From positions 186,001-250,000 of the forward strand of contig DATMBG010000058.1 of NCBI GenBank assembly GCA_035559535.1: a DNA stretch of 64,000 nucleotides, in the 5' to 3' direction. This stretch comes from Candidatus Limnocylindrales bacterium (GTDB taxonomy: Bacteria; Moduliflexota; Moduliflexia; Moduliflexales; JAUQPW01). The number at the start of each line of letters is the position of its first letter. The first letter of the stretch is position 1. The notes under the pieces were generated by a model. The model made no database searches. It saw only the letters and a program-made list of their open reading frames with translations, and was not told the origin of the DNA. Shown here one piece after another: positions 27,394 through 38,117 of the stretch. A program made the position numbers and the translations under genes.

Positions 27394-28224
27394 TTATCCC
27401 TTGAGAGCACCTCCCGTAAGTCCCTTGACCAGTTGTTTTTCGATCAACATAAACAAAATAACAATGGGGATCAAAGCCAGCAGAGAGGCGGCCATTAAAT
27501 ATTGCCACTGTACCGTCCATCGTCCAATGAAATTATAGAGGCCAATGGTTAGGGGTCTCTTCTCCAGGGAAGTAATAAATGTTAGGGCGAACATGAACTC
27601 ATTCCAGGAAGCAATAAACGTGTAAATAACCGTGGTGACAACCCCGGGCATGGCAATAGGTAGCATAATTTTCGTAATGGTCTTCCAGCGGGTACATCCA
27701 TCTATTAAGGCTGCTTCCTCCAGCTCTAGGGGAATCGTACTGAAATAGCCGTTGAGCATCCAGATGGAAAACGCCAGGGTAAATACGGCGTTGACCAGGA
27801 TCAAAGAAAGACGTGTATCCAATAATCCCAAGCCGGCAATGACTTTAAACAGAGAGATAATGACAATAATGGGAGAAAACATCTGAACTACCAAAAACAG
27901 GTAAAGTAAAAATCGCCGCCCGAAGAAACGAAGACGGGATATTGCATACGCAGCTGGGACCGATAGGACGGTATTTAAAAGGGTTGAACCAGAAGCAATA
28001 AGAAAACTATTGAGGAAATAATGAAGCAGGGGATATTTATCCCAAATCTCTTTAAAATTTTGCAGCCGTATATGTCGGGGGATCCAATAGGGGGGGGAAG
28101 TGTAGACTTCATCGACACTCTTAAGGGCCGTCGAGACCATAACAAAAAAAGGGAAGAGCAAGATAAGTAAAATCCCAGTGACAAAAACATACAACAAAAC
28201 TCTACGTAGCCCTTTACCCTTCAT
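27394..28224 (-). CDS. Carbohydrate (CUT1) ABC permease, MalG-type
   Basis: EAA motif ELEEAALIDG, WNEFMFA, C-terminal GALKG. Confidence 0.93.
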   Translation of the reverse strand: MKGKGLRRVLLYVFVTGILLILLFPFFVMVSTALKSVDEVYTSPPYWIPRHIRLQNFKEIWDKYPLLHYFLNSFLIASGSTLLNTVLSVPAAYAISRLRFFGRRFLLYLFLVVQMFSPIIVIISLFKVIAGLGLLDTRLSLILVNAVFTLAFSIWMLNGYFSTIPLELEEAALIDGCTRWKTITKIMLPIAMPGVVTTVIYTFIASWNEFMFALTFITSLEKRPLTIGLYNFIGRWTVQWQYLMAASLLALIPIVILFMLIEKQLVKGLTGGALKG

Positions 28225-28236
28225 AGGGAAGATTTT

Positions 28237-29157
28237 CTAGTCCTCTTTAAAATAAAAATAGGCATAAATTAAGCTAACGGTTAGAAGAATTCCAAAAGTT
28301 ATCACGGCCATAGCGGCTGCAGTACCGAATTTCAGGAATTCGAAGGCATGTTTATAAATATACGTGATAAGAATATCCGTAGAACCGGCAGGTCCTCCTT
28401 TGGTCAGGATATAGATAACGTTAAAATCGTTAAAAGTCCAGAGAACTGATAACAGGGTTGCAATCAACATGATCCGCTTGAGTAAGGGAAGGGTAATATA
28501 ATAGAATTTTTGCCAGGGATTCACCCCATCAACCTCGGCGGATTCGTAAAGTTCTTGGGGAATGGCCTGGAGACCGGCCAAGTGAACCAGAACCATAAAA
28601 GGAATTCCGATCCAGATATCTACGTAGAGATTGGCAAAGAAAGCCGAACGTGGATAAGCCAGCCAGATGGGGGGATCCCCCCAGAGACCGGTAGCCCGCA
28701 GGGTATAGTTCAGAAGCCCGAAATCATTATTATAAATCCATTGCCAGAGCATGGCACTGATGGGAACAGAAGATGCCCAGGGTATGATAACCAAAGTCCG
28801 GGCCCATTTTCTCCCTTTAAAATCAATATTCAGTAATAGGGCAATTCCCAATCCTGCCAGAGTTTTAGCCGCTACTGCTAAAGCCGTCCAGATAACCGAT
28901 CTAAGGGTTACCTGCCAGAATTCTGCCGTTCTAAACAGGGTCTCAAAATTGCCAGTTCCTATATACTCAACCAGATTACCCGAACGATTAGTTCTGAAAA
29001 AAGCCATGGCAAAGACATAAGCAATAGGGTAGAACATGAACGCGATCAGGAAAGCCGTAGCAGGAAACAGGAAAAAATAGGCAAGTTTAGACTCTGTCCT
29101 CCAGAAGGAGGTTTTTTTAAAAAAAGTTTTCTTTTTGAAAGGACGCCTTCTTCTAAT
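28237..29157 (-). CDS. Carbohydrate (CUT1) ABC permease, MalF-type; start codon uncertain
   Basis: ELYESAEVDG, TKGGP. The frame is open up to 29160 and includes the first TM (LAYFFLFPATAFLIAFMFYP) upstream of the track's ATG at 29037. Confidence 0.85.
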   Translation of the reverse strand: MRRRRPFKKKTFFKKTSFWRTESKLAYFFLFPATAFLIAFMFYPIAYVFAMAFFRTNRSGNLVEYIGTGNFETLFRTAEFWQVTLRSVIWTALAVAAKTLAGLGIALLLNIDFKGRKWARTLVIIPWASSVPISAMLWQWIYNNDFGLLNYTLRATGLWGDPPIWLAYPRSAFFANLYVDIWIGIPFMVLVHLAGLQAIPQELYESAEVDGVNPWQKFYYITLPLLKRIMLIATLLSVLWTFNDFNVIYILTKGGPAGSTDILITYIYKHAFEFLKFGTAAAMAVITFGILLTVSLIYAYFYFKED

Positions 29158-29380
29158 ACCTTATACCTTTTTTATTCAAATTTAACTTGTTCCCAGGCTT
29201 CTACCTTAGGTCTGTATCCGCTCAGCAGGTAGACTCCCTTTCAGGGGTAGTTTTTCCCGCCTAATTCCCTTCCCACGTTGGGAAGGGGGAACTCGAGGAT
29301 AGCCCGGGTCCCCTCTCTCCCTTCACCCCATAGGCATCAAGCTAAGGATTAGACCTGGGGTCTAGTACCCCTAACCCTCC

Positions 29381-29530
29381 ATACGGGTCAGGTTAAGCTG
29401 AAAAGCCCCGTTAGGGACGACCAGTTGGTAGCCCCCGACACAAGTCGGGGAATTCAGAAATTCAGAATTTTTTCTCCGTAGCAACATCTTGTTAAACAGG
29501 TTCCCCTCCTGGGGCTAACCTTCTTAGCTT
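29381..29530. repeat. REP/MITE-like composite repeat, copy 2
   Basis: Inverted homolog of about 5705-5850, inside a repeat-filled gap within an ABC operon. Confidence 0.8.
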
Positions 29531-29706
29531 GGTGCCTTATGGGGTTAAGGGGGTGTTCAGACAGAGAAAAGTGACACCTACTAACTTGTTACAGTTATCT
29601 TCTGTCCTCATGGGATTGACTTAAGGAATCAGTTCCGTAAATCGGCAATTACCACAGCAGGTAGAGCGCAGGAATAAGATATTACAAAAGGTTATCCAGT
29701 GCGTTA

Positions 29707-30954
29707 TTATCTTTTCTTCTGGGCCCGAAGACTATCTATCTTTGCTGCAGCTTCATCAAGAGCTTCCTTGGGTTGCTTTTGGCCTAGAAAAGTTGCCTCA
29801 ATGGCCTCCCAGATAATGTCATTGCATTCCGGCCACTCGGGTATAAGAGGCCAGCCCTTGGCAGTGGGAGTTGACTGGATCATGGTTTTATAAACCGGGG
29901 TCTGGAAATATTCATTGTTTGCCAGGGATTTTGTAACCGGAGGAAAGCCGACGAGTTTATCAAATTCCAATCGCCATTTATCCTGATAGAAAAATTCCAG
30001 GAATTTAGCCGCTGCCGCTTTATTTTTTGAAGACTTGAACATCACAATGGAATCGGTAACCAGGAGGGTACTCTGAGGTTTTCCTTTGAAATGAGGCATA
30101 GGAGCCACATCCCATTTAAAATCAACGTTCTTTTGCTTTAAAAGAGCCGCCGTAAAGCCTCCACTCAACATGATGCCTAATTTACCCGAAAGAAAGAGAT
30201 TTTGGACTTCATCCCGTTTATAGGCATTGACGCCGGGCTGGGTAACTTTGTATTTATTGACCAGATCGTTCATGAAAGTCAATGCCCCAACTCCCGCTTC
30301 ATTGTTTACAATACACTTTCCATAGGTTCCATCGGGATTTATTTCAAAGAAGTAGCCGCCATTCCCAAAAAGATAATAGGCGAATTCTGTCAGTTCTACA
30401 TACTTCTGGCCTATCATGCCGATGGCATATAAATCGGGAGGGTGATGGATTTTCTGGGCAATCTCCAATATTTCTTCAAAGGTTTCTGGAGCCTTAGGGA
30501 TTAGGTCTGAGCGGTAGTACATGATACGGGTACCGATGGCGACCGGAAGAGCATAAAGAACGTTACCAATTTTGGCTTCCATGGCCGCAGGCTCAATATT
30601 ATTGATCAACTCCTTGCTGAGATGTTGCTCGATAGGCTCAACCACTCCCATGTCCATCAGCTCCAAAAGCCATCGCGTTCCAATAACCGAAAGATCCGGA
30701 GCTTGATTTCCGGCCACAAAGGTAATCAATCGATCATGAAATTCATTCCAGGGAGTCGAGATAATTTTGAGATCAATATCCGGGTTCGCTTCTTCAAAGG
30801 CTTTTTCCAAATTTTGAGCATACTCGGGAGTAAGTCCATCATATTCTGCCCACATGATGCTGACCGTTTCTTTCGCCTCTGTACCGGAGATAAAGAATAA
30901 AATTGCTGCGGATACCAGGGCCAGGATAAAATAAATCTCTTTCTTCATAGCCAA
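29707..30954 (-). CDS. Sugar ABC substrate-binding protein (SBP family 1)
   Basis: Signal peptide; FEEANPDI, APDL, YYRSDL. Confidence 0.9.
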   Translation of the reverse strand: MAMKKEIYFILALVSAAILFFISGTEAKETVSIMWAEYDGLTPEYAQNLEKAFEEANPDIDLKIISTPWNEFHDRLITFVAGNQAPDLSVIGTRWLLELMDMGVVEPIEQHLSKELINNIEPAAMEAKIGNVLYALPVAIGTRIMYYRSDLIPKAPETFEEILEIAQKIHHPPDLYAIGMIGQKYVELTEFAYYLFGNGGYFFEINPDGTYGKCIVNNEAGVGALTFMNDLVNKYKVTQPGVNAYKRDEVQNLFLSGKLGIMLSGGFTAALLKQKNVDFKWDVAPMPHFKGKPQSTLLVTDSIVMFKSSKNKAAAAKFLEFFYQDKWRLEFDKLVGFPPVTKSLANNEYFQTPVYKTMIQSTPTAKGWPLIPEWPECNDIIWEAIEATFLGQKQPKEALDEAAAKIDSLRAQKKR

Positions 30955-31064
30955 CTACCTCCTTTAAGTTAAGCAGGATTGAATCCATGCGGGGGAATTT
31001 TGTTGTTACTTTCCGACTACGGTCATATTCGATTTAGCCTGATTTGTCAAGTTGGAATTAATCC

Positions 31065-31517
31065 CTACTCCAGAATACCCTTCGCCGAATCTTTATCTCC
31101 GTGGGTAATTTCATAAAACTCGTAGACCAGAATACCGGAATTGGTTACCTTTAATCCGACATAACCCCGGGTTACCATTTCCTGAAGGATTTTTTCGGCC
31201 TCTTCCAACGTCAGAGAAGTTCCGGCAGCAACCTCCGTAACGGTGAGTCTTCCTTTTTTACGCTGGGCTAGGCGAATAATTTCCCCTTCTTTCTCTTCTT
31301 TTAAAGCCCTTTCTTGAGCCTCTCGAGCCCGCTTCTGATTCTGATAATTACTCCTCAGCAGGGCAATCCCGACAATTATGGGAAGAACTCCAAAAAAAAT
31401 CACGGCGATTAAATCACCCTTTGTTAGACCTTTTTCCTCAAGGTTAATAAAAAATCCAATAAGCATGAGTCCCCCCATAACAAAGCAGAGAACACTGGCA
31501 ATCATTTTTATCATCAT
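31065..31517 (-). CDS. Hypothetical 2-TM protein with C-terminal winged-helix-like domain
   Basis: Two TM helices, a coiled coil, then LAQRKKGRLTVTEVA..LEEAEKILQEM..G.LVYEF. Confidence 0.75.
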   Translation of the reverse strand: MMIKMIASVLCFVMGGLMLIGFFINLEEKGLTKGDLIAVIFFGVLPIIVGIALLRSNYQNQKRAREAQERALKEEKEGEIIRLAQRKKGRLTVTEVAAGTSLTLEEAEKILQEMVTRGYVGLKVTNSGILVYEFYEITHGDKDSAKGILE

Positions 31518-31538
31518 AACTTGCTCTCCCTTGACAGG

Positions 31539-31931
31539 TTAACTCTTCTTTTTATTGTCGACTCTCGTGAAAAATCGATCCAAATCTACCAGGTAGCGCT
31601 CGTGTTCCCCTTCGGCTATTTTTTCTTTTTCATCAAAGGCTTCCACGTGGAAAACCAGTCTCCGTCCATCGACTTCTTTTAACTCAGCTTCTGCACGAAC
31701 TTTCATTCCCAGGGGGGTTGGGGCTAAATGTTTGATATTTACAATGGTCCCTACAGTTCCAGACCCTGGGGGAAGATGAGGTTCAATGGCTTTACCGCAA
31801 GCATACTCCAGAAGCCCCACTAATGCAGGAGTTCCATAAAGGTGAAAACCCTTATTTCCGAAATAATCCGCACTATCTGTTTCTCCAACCACTTTCTCAA
31901 CAGAACCCTTCAAACCTTTTTCAATGGCCAT
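31539..31931 (-). CDS. Hotdog-fold thioesterase (FlK-like)
   Basis: GTPALVGLLE, TVGT..HLAPTP.G, GEHER; ATG 31931 after AGGAG. Confidence 0.88.
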   Translation of the reverse strand: MAIEKGLKGSVEKVVGETDSADYFGNKGFHLYGTPALVGLLEYACGKAIEPHLPPGSGTVGTIVNIKHLAPTPLGMKVRAEAELKEVDGRRLVFHVEAFDEKEKIAEGEHERYLVDLDRFFTRVDNKKKS

Positions 31932-32115
31932 AGACTCTCCTTTTCTGTAAGATGAAATTTTAACGTTTTTTTTACCCATTTATTTTTATGCTAATAAAAT
32001 TTCATGTGGCGTCAAGTAAAATTGAGGGTGTCTGTATCCGTTTGGCAGATCAAAGAACGGGAGGTGTTTGGCCTTACGTATTAGATGGCTACAGATACAA
32101 ATTGGTGGCCTGGCA

Positions 32116-32144
32116 TTGACACAGCTTGCCCGGGAGGTTATAAT
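32116..32144 (+). promoter_or_regulatory. Consensus sigma70 promoter
   Basis: TTGACA-N17-TATAAT followed by SD AGGAGG. Confidence 0.85.
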
Positions 32145-32168
32145 CCCAGAAGGAGGTTTGCAAATTGC

Positions 32169-32864
32169 GTGATTCGACTTCAGGAGGTTACAAAGATTTA
32201 TAATCGTGGCTCTCAACAGGTGGTGGCCCTTCAGCAGGTAACGCTCGAAATGGGTAAGGGGGAGTTTGTAGCTTTCATGGGTCCAAGCGGATGTGGGAAA
32301 AGTACCCTTCTGAATCTGGTAGGTGGGTTGGATGTACCCACGTCGGGTGAAGTTTTCATTGATAATCTATCTCTGGGAAAACTGTCCGATCGTCAGTTGT
32401 CTCTCCTACGCCGGGAAAAGATCGGGATTGTTTTTCAGTTTTTTAACCTGCTTCCCACCTTAAATGTCCAGGAAAACACCGAACTCCCCCTTTTGCTCCA
32501 GGGAGTTTCTCCAAAAGAAGCCAGTCGGAGGGCAGAAGTTCTGCTTAGCCGGGTCGGTTTATCCCATCGTATGACCCATGCCATCCATGAACTCTCCGGG
32601 GGTGAAATGCAGCGGGTAGCCATTGCCAGGGCTTTAATTCATAATCCTGAGATTATTTTGGCCGACGAACCGACCGGGAATTTAGATTCCAAAACCGGCT
32701 CAGATATCCTTAAATTGTTAAAGTCCTTTTCCGAGGAGTCGGAGTATACGGTGCTTCTTGCAACCCATAGTTTAGAAGCTACGCGATATGCGGACCGGGT
32801 TATTAACTTGAGGGATGGGAGGGTTCTAAATTCTCCTTCGTTATCCAGCTTCGAGCCTTTTTGA
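32169..32864 (+). CDS. LolD/MacB-type ABC ATPase (stand-alone)
   Basis: GPSGCGKST, LSGGEMQRVAIARA, ADEPTGNLDS; GTG 32169 follows the promoter and SD. Confidence 0.92.
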   Translation: MIRLQEVTKIYNRGSQQVVALQQVTLEMGKGEFVAFMGPSGCGKSTLLNLVGGLDVPTSGEVFIDNLSLGKLSDRQLSLLRREKIGIVFQFFNLLPTLNVQENTELPLLLQGVSPKEASRRAEVLLSRVGLSHRMTHAIHELSGGEMQRVAIARALIHNPEIILADEPTGNLDSKTGSDILKLLKSFSEESEYTVLLATHSLEATRYADRVINLRDGRVLNSPSLSSFEPF

Positions 32865-33096
32865 AGTCATAGGAAGGATTTCTCTTATAACTTGAGGGAT
32901 TAAAAGGTCTTCCAATAGATTAAGGATACCCCCTCAGATTTGGGTATAATTCCTTGACAAGGAGATAGTTTTTCTCTTACTTAAAGAGAATTGGACTCTC
33001 ATCAAGTACCCGGTGACGTGAAGCGTCTCCAGGTCGAACGAATAAATATCCTCAAACCTGGAGTCGTGACTTTGCACCTACCAAAAGGAGGGATTC

Positions 33097-33876
33097 ATGG
33101 AGTTAAGAGATAAAGTGGCGATTGTAACAGGAGCCAGTCAAGGCATTGGGCGGGCCATTTCCATTGCCCTGGCAAAGGAAGGCGCCTCGGTAGTTTTGGC
33201 TTCCCGCAATGAAGCCAAATTGGAAGAAACAGCTCAGATCATTAAATCTAACGGAGGAACCAGCTTGAAAATCCGAACCGATGTGTCCAAGGAAGCAGAG
33301 GTTAAGAACATGGTCCAGAAAACTCTGGAAACCTTCGGAACCATTGATATTCTGGTTAATAACTCCGGGATAGCTGGGCCGACCGCCAGATGTGAAGATG
33401 TGACTTTAGAAGAGTGGGAAGAAACCATGGCAGTCAATCTTCGTGGCCCCTTCCTTTGTTGTAAATATGTCATCCCCACTCTGAAAGCCAAGAAAAGCGG
33501 ACGGATCATCCATATCGGCTCTATTAGTAGCAAGCGCCCGCTTCAAAATCGTACCCCTTATACCACTTCCAAAATGGGTTTGATCGGATTTAATCGAACC
33601 CTGGCAGTAGAACTCGGCCCGTTTAACATTACCGTCAATCTGATTTGTCCCGGGGCTACGGCGGGGGAGCGTTTAGATAATGTGATGACAACCATGGGAA
33701 AAGCCCTGGGAAAGTCCTATGAAGAAATGGCCGCCACTTTTAAAGCTTTATCTCCTTTAAATCGGTTTGTGAATGCAGAAGATATTGCCAGTATGGTTGT
33801 CTATCTGGCCTCCGATAAAGCAAAAAATATAACCGGCCAGGATATTAACGTATGTGCCGGGATCATTATGTATTGA
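33097..33876 (+). CDS. Short-chain dehydrogenase/reductase
   Basis: TGASQGIG, NNSG, YxxSK. Confidence 0.93.
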   Translation: MELRDKVAIVTGASQGIGRAISIALAKEGASVVLASRNEAKLEETAQIIKSNGGTSLKIRTDVSKEAEVKNMVQKTLETFGTIDILVNNSGIAGPTARCEDVTLEEWEETMAVNLRGPFLCCKYVIPTLKAKKSGRIIHIGSISSKRPLQNRTPYTTSKMGLIGFNRTLAVELGPFNITVNLICPGATAGERLDNVMTTMGKALGKSYEEMAATFKALSPLNRFVNAEDIASMVVYLASDKAKNITGQDINVCAGIIMY

Positions 33877-33950
33877 AAAGACCTGGGACAATGGGCGGCG
33901 GATGACTGGTCATTCCCTGCCGCCCACTTCCCACAGCTCACCATCTCCCC

Positions 33951-34544
33951 GTGTTGATTTCTGCTATTTTGCTCGCAGCCGGTGAATCCCGAAGAATGGG
34001 AGAGTTAAAGCAACTTCTTCCTTTTAGGGAAAAGACCGTGATCGAACAGAGTATTGACAATCTCCTAAACTCTCAAGTGGATAAAATTTTGGTCGTCTTG
34101 GGTTATGAATGGAAGCGAATTTTGGAAAAAATTCAGCATTTACCCGTGACCATTGTCGTGAATGAAAATTACCGCCGGGGGATGCTCTCTTCCATCCAGT
34201 GTGGCCTTCAGGTTTTATCGGAGTCGAACCAGGCTATCCTGGTCATGCTGGGGGATCAACCCCATATTCCTTCCTCTGTGATTGACCAACTCATCGAAGC
34301 TTATCGGCAGGGAACCCACGGAATTATTATCCCCAAATACGAAGGGAGGCGGGGCCATCCTGTTCTCCTGGATGGGAAATATCGGGAGGAAATTTTAAAG
34401 ACCGATCCTGCTAATCCTCTTGGACTTAACCACATAGTTCGATCTCATCCCGAAGATATACTGGAAATTTCTGTAACGGTTCCGGCTATTATCCAGGATA
34501 TGGATACCCCCGAGGATTATATCAGGATAAAAGATGAGAGATGA
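33951..34544 (+). CDS. MocA/MobA-like nucleotidyltransferase
   Basis: LAAGESRRMG..KQLL, LGDQP, RGHPV, DMDTPEDY. Confidence 0.88.
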   Translation: MLISAILLAAGESRRMGELKQLLPFREKTVIEQSIDNLLNSQVDKILVVLGYEWKRILEKIQHLPVTIVVNENYRRGMLSSIQCGLQVLSESNQAILVMLGDQPHIPSSVIDQLIEAYRQGTHGIIIPKYEGRRGHPVLLDGKYREEILKTDPANPLGLNHIVRSHPEDILEISVTVPAIIQDMDTPEDYIRIKDER

Positions 34545-34650
34545 AAGTGTGTGGGAGTGTGGGGATATGGGAGTGTGGGAGTATGGGAGTTTATTTTTTA
34601 TACGCTATACTCCCATACCCCCACACTCCCATACCTTCCTACTTCCCCTT
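34545..34650. repeat. Inverted array of ~8-bp GGGAGTRT repeats between convergent genes
   Basis: (gggagtgt/at)n followed by (actcccat/ac)n; same family at 9808-9910 and 54445-54620. Confidence 0.8.
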
Positions 34651-34652
34651 TT

Positions 34653-35135
34653 TCATGGTCCTTTGTTCCAGAACTTTTCTTCATCATAAAAAAAGGTAAT
34701 CCATTCGGGAGGGAGTTCTTCAACGTAAAAATCCGGAGTAATCCGAGAGTGGGTTTTTTTATATAAAACCGCGGTTTTTAATTGAATTCCAGGATATTCC
34801 TTCTGAAGATATTCCATACCATAGATTAAAGTTTCTCCGCCATCTACCAGATCATCGACCAAAATTCCCTGTCCCTGGATTTTATCCAGGCTGGCCAAAT
34901 GTTTGCTAAAAATCGGTTTTTGGAGAATGGGAGCCTGACCTTTGGATTCGTCGGGGTACCGCTTGCTGATCATCAAAGCGATGGGGGCTTTTAAAGCTTT
35001 AGAGATAAAAAAACTGGGCGGCAGACCTCCACGGGCAATTCCTATGACGAAATCAAAGGATTCTCCACTTTCCACGATCATCTTACAAAGCCGAAAGATA
35101 TCATCATGATATTTTTTGAAGTCTACGAAGATCAT
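34653..35135 (-). CDS. Type I phosphoribosyltransferase (purine salvage, Gpt-like)
   Basis: GIARGG, PRPP loop LVDDLVDGGET, PDFY..WI.F; downstream of guaB. Confidence 0.85.
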   Translation of the reverse strand: MIFVDFKKYHDDIFRLCKMIVESGESFDFVIGIARGGLPPSFFISKALKAPIALMISKRYPDESKGQAPILQKPIFSKHLASLDKIQGQGILVDDLVDGGETLIYGMEYLQKEYPGIQLKTAVLYKKTHSRITPDFYVEELPPEWITFFYDEEKFWNKGP

Positions 35136-35438
35136 TTTTTAATGGATGGTGGTTGATGGGCCTTGTCCGATCCTTTTACTCCCCCCTATCCCCCCGTCCT
35201 CTCTTTTAAGGGCAGGGTTTGTAATTTAACCCTTTCGACTTCCCTTCCCCGGTAGGGAAGGGGAAAGTTGAGACATAGGCAATCTTCCTACCTCTTGCAA
35301 AGGTTCATAGCTTTCAAATGGGAGTCTGAAGCTTTCAATCCTTATCCTGGCATGTATACCCCGATTCTCTCTTCTTACCTCGGGAAGGGGTCAGGTCAAA
35401 AACTTACCCCGGAACGCATTATACTCTGCCTGCCGTCC

Positions 35439-36878
35439 TTAAATTTCGTGTGGGAGGCTTTCTCTCCGTCCGGCATCGGTTATGAGGATAAAGGTTATGT
35501 TTTCTTGCAGTTCTGGAATGGTTTTTGCCCCGCAATAACTCATCCCGGAACGCAGGCCTCCTTCTAATTGGAAAAGAATATCCACCACACTCCCTTGATA
35601 GGGAATTTCTGTTTCGACCCCTTCGGGAACGATACTGATTAAATTTTCAGTTCGTAAAGAACCTTCTCGAATTGATCTATCGGAAGCGGCGGTCAGGGAA
35701 GCCATTCCGCGATAAAGCTTGTAGCGACGGCCTTTTCGGATAATACTTTGACCCGGACTTTCATCGGTTCCCGCAAACAATCTCCCGATCATAACCGAAC
35801 TGGCCCCGGCGGCTAAAGCCTTTACAATATCTCCCGAATCCTTAATTCCCCCATCGGCAATGATGGGAACATTCCGTTCTCGAGCGACTTCAGCACACTC
35901 CCAAATAGCAGAGAGTTGGGGGACTCCTGCTCCGGCCACCTGCCGGGTATCACAGGCAGCTCCAGGCCCAACTCCTACTTTCACAGCATCGGCTCCTGCC
36001 TCAATAAGGTCTCGTGTCCCTTCCTTTGTAGCTACATTGCCTGCAATGATATCCACTTTATCTTGAACCGTTTTTTTGAGGGTTTGAACCGCTTCGATGC
36101 ACAAATCGAGATGTCCATGGGCAATGTCGATAACCAAAACATCCACTCCGGCCTCGACCAGAGCCTGGGCCCTTTCTTTATAATCTCCCGTGGCCCCAAC
36201 GGCTGCTCCCGCTAATAACCTTCCCTGTTTATCCTTCATAGCCGAGGGATACTGACTCGTTTTGAGAATATCCTTGGCTGTGATAAGCCCTTTCAAGAAA
36301 CCCTCGGAATCTACCAGGGGCAGTTTTTCAACCTTGTGTTTTCGAAAGATCTCCTTGGCCTCTTGAAGGGTAATGTTAGGAGATGCGGTAATCAGCTTCT
36401 CCTTCGGGGTCATGAGTTCTGAAATGGGCTCCTCCAGATTTTCCTCAAATCGAATATCCCGGAAAGTCAGAATACCCACCAGTTTCCCTTGCTTATCCAC
36501 AACCATAACACTGGTAATTCCATACTCTTTCATGACCGCTTTGGCTTCCTTCAAGGTATGGTGCTGCTCCAGGGCACAAGGATTGTTGACGATGAAACTC
36601 TCTGCCCTCTTGACCCGCCGAACCTGCTCAGCCTCCTCTTCAATACTCATAAAACGATGGATGATCCCCATGGCCCCCAACCGGGCCATGGTAATCGCCA
36701 TGGTCGCTTCGGTTACCGTATCCATGTTCGCTGCTACAATGGGGATGTTTAATTTGATGTGACGAGAAAGATAGCTGGATACATTGACATCCTTTCGGGA
36801 AATGATGGAAGATCTCTTGGGTTCTATTAAAACATCATCAAAGGTATATCCCTTTTTTAGTTTTATTCTCGGATTCAT
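35439..36878 (-). CDS. guaB: IMP dehydrogenase with CBS pair
   Basis: [38 protein letters not shown]. Confidence 0.93.
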   Translation of the reverse strand: MNPRIKLKKGYTFDDVLIEPKRSSIISRKDVNVSSYLSRHIKLNIPIVAANMDTVTEATMAITMARLGAMGIIHRFMSIEEEAEQVRRVKRAESFIVNNPCALEQHHTLKEAKAVMKEYGITSVMVVDKQGKLVGILTFRDIRFEENLEEPISELMTPKEKLITASPNITLQEAKEIFRKHKVEKLPLVDSEGFLKGLITAKDILKTSQYPSAMKDKQGRLLAGAAVGATGDYKERAQALVEAGVDVLVIDIAHGHLDLCIEAVQTLKKTVQDKVDIIAGNVATKEGTRDLIEAGADAVKVGVGPGAACDTRQVAGAGVPQLSAIWECAEVARERNVPIIADGGIKDSGDIVKALAAGASSVMIGRLFAGTDESPGQSIIRKGRRYKLYRGMASLTAASDRSIREGSLRTENLISIVPEGVETEIPYQGSVVDILFQLEGGLRSGMSYCGAKTIPELQENITFILITDAGRRESLPHEI

Positions 36879-36932
36879 ACTAAAAACTCCTTTAAGTATT
36901 ACCTACAAGGTAATTCCTTAACTTTACCTTGC

Positions 36933-37451
36933 CTACCCGGAAGGTTCATGGGAAGTTAAATCTTGCCGGTCGTTGAGAGATATGGGATCCAGCGACACTT
37001 TACGGTTATAGAGTATTTTTTTGAATCCCAGTATGAAATTCCCGAAAAAGGTGAAAATGCCAAAAGGAATTAAACTTAGGAGTAGGGCATACCACAATGG
37101 GCTGAGGATAAAGTCATGTACATAATATACCTTCGGGTGTAATGCTACAGACTGTATGTAGACTCTTCGCTTCATCTCATATTCTCTAGGCCACTTTTTA
37201 TCAAAGAATAAGTAGTCATAAGCTTTCCTTAAAGGAATCTCGGGTTTTGGAACAAGATAAGAAGTTTTCAGATAACCCTTTAGAAGAGAAACCATCAGGA
37301 AAAGCATACAGAGCATTACAAACATTCGCCTGGATTGAGTTACCCGAAGGTAAAGGAAATAAATACCTACAGGAACAATAATCAGAATTATTAAGGGCAG
37401 AAAAATAGGGCCGAAATATCCAAAGTCGGGAGGTGTTTCCTTTATAGGCAT
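36933..37451 (-). CDS. Hypothetical membrane protein
   Basis: 172-aa ORF with about 3 TM; SD AGGAG. Confidence 0.65.
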   Translation of the reverse strand: MPIKETPPDFGYFGPIFLPLIILIIVPVGIYFLYLRVTQSRRMFVMLCMLFLMVSLLKGYLKTSYLVPKPEIPLRKAYDYLFFDKKWPREYEMKRRVYIQSVALHPKVYYVHDFILSPLWYALLLSLIPFGIFTFFGNFILGFKKILYNRKVSLDPISLNDRQDLTSHEPSG

Positions 37452-37516
37452 AAAATATCTCCTTTCCTTTATTTACCCCTAGATGGGGTACCCCGTCAAT
37501 GGCTTTTTATGGATGA

Positions 37517-38014
37517 TCACTCTCTCCCCGGAAAATCCTTCAAACCTTCTGCTACAGAAGCATAATCGACCTTATTCGAAGCGGGATCAATGATGGTTTT
37601 AAAACTTCCCCTGTAAATAATTCTTTGATCGGGTAGGGTGAGCAATCGGAACCTGGTTTCTAATTTTAACTCAGAGGGAGTCGAAGAGATAAGGGAACTT
37701 TTTAAAACCAAAAGACTGTCGGCTCCCTGATTACCGGCCGTGGTCAAAGCCAGGCTTTCAGTCGGGGGATGAGAAGGGGGAGGCCACAGAAGGGTCCGAT
37801 ACCCTTTCTCTTCCATGAGAAATTGAGAGATCCTCTCTTCCAGACTAAAATTTATAAATCTCAAAATTTCTTTGGGATAACCTTTGTGCCGCTCTAAACT
37901 TCCATAGATGCCAATGGTTCGTAACCTATATTTACTGATATCCGATCTTAAAGGAGTTGCTGTACAGCCGACTAAAAGTACAAGAAACATCATGAAGATC
38001 TTTCTTCGCCACAT
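37517..38014 (-). CDS. Hypothetical lipoprotein
   Basis: Basic N-terminus, hydrophobic stretch, lipobox LVGC; SD AGGAG. Confidence 0.7.
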   Translation of the reverse strand: MWRRKIFMMFLVLLVGCTATPLRSDISKYRLRTIGIYGSLERHKGYPKEILRFINFSLEERISQFLMEEKGYRTLLWPPPSHPPTESLALTTAGNQGADSLLVLKSSLISSTPSELKLETRFRLLTLPDQRIIYRGSFKTIIDPASNKVDYASVAEGLKDFPGRE

Positions 38015-38117
38015 TTTGTTCTCCTATTTCTCTTGACATCCCTACCAAACTGAGATACCTAAAGTAGAATAACTCATAGGTTCGTTTTAAACAACCCTTT
38101 CTGAACGGTTTAAACCT

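Noticed and set aside
29190-29250. IS200/605 end or HEARO/omega-RNA-like start (CTACCCCTGAAAGGGAG)
   Set aside because: The match is too short, and there is no tnpB/iscB or further RNA scaffold nearby.
32085-32168. ATG 32085 as the ABC ATPase start
   Set aside because: A consensus promoter and SD lie inside this extension, so GTG 32169 is preferred.
33026-33064. Hairpins in the SDR leader (GACG..CGTC, CTCCAGGT..ACCTGGAG)
   Set aside because: No riboswitch consensus or expression platform is evident; the evidence is too weak.
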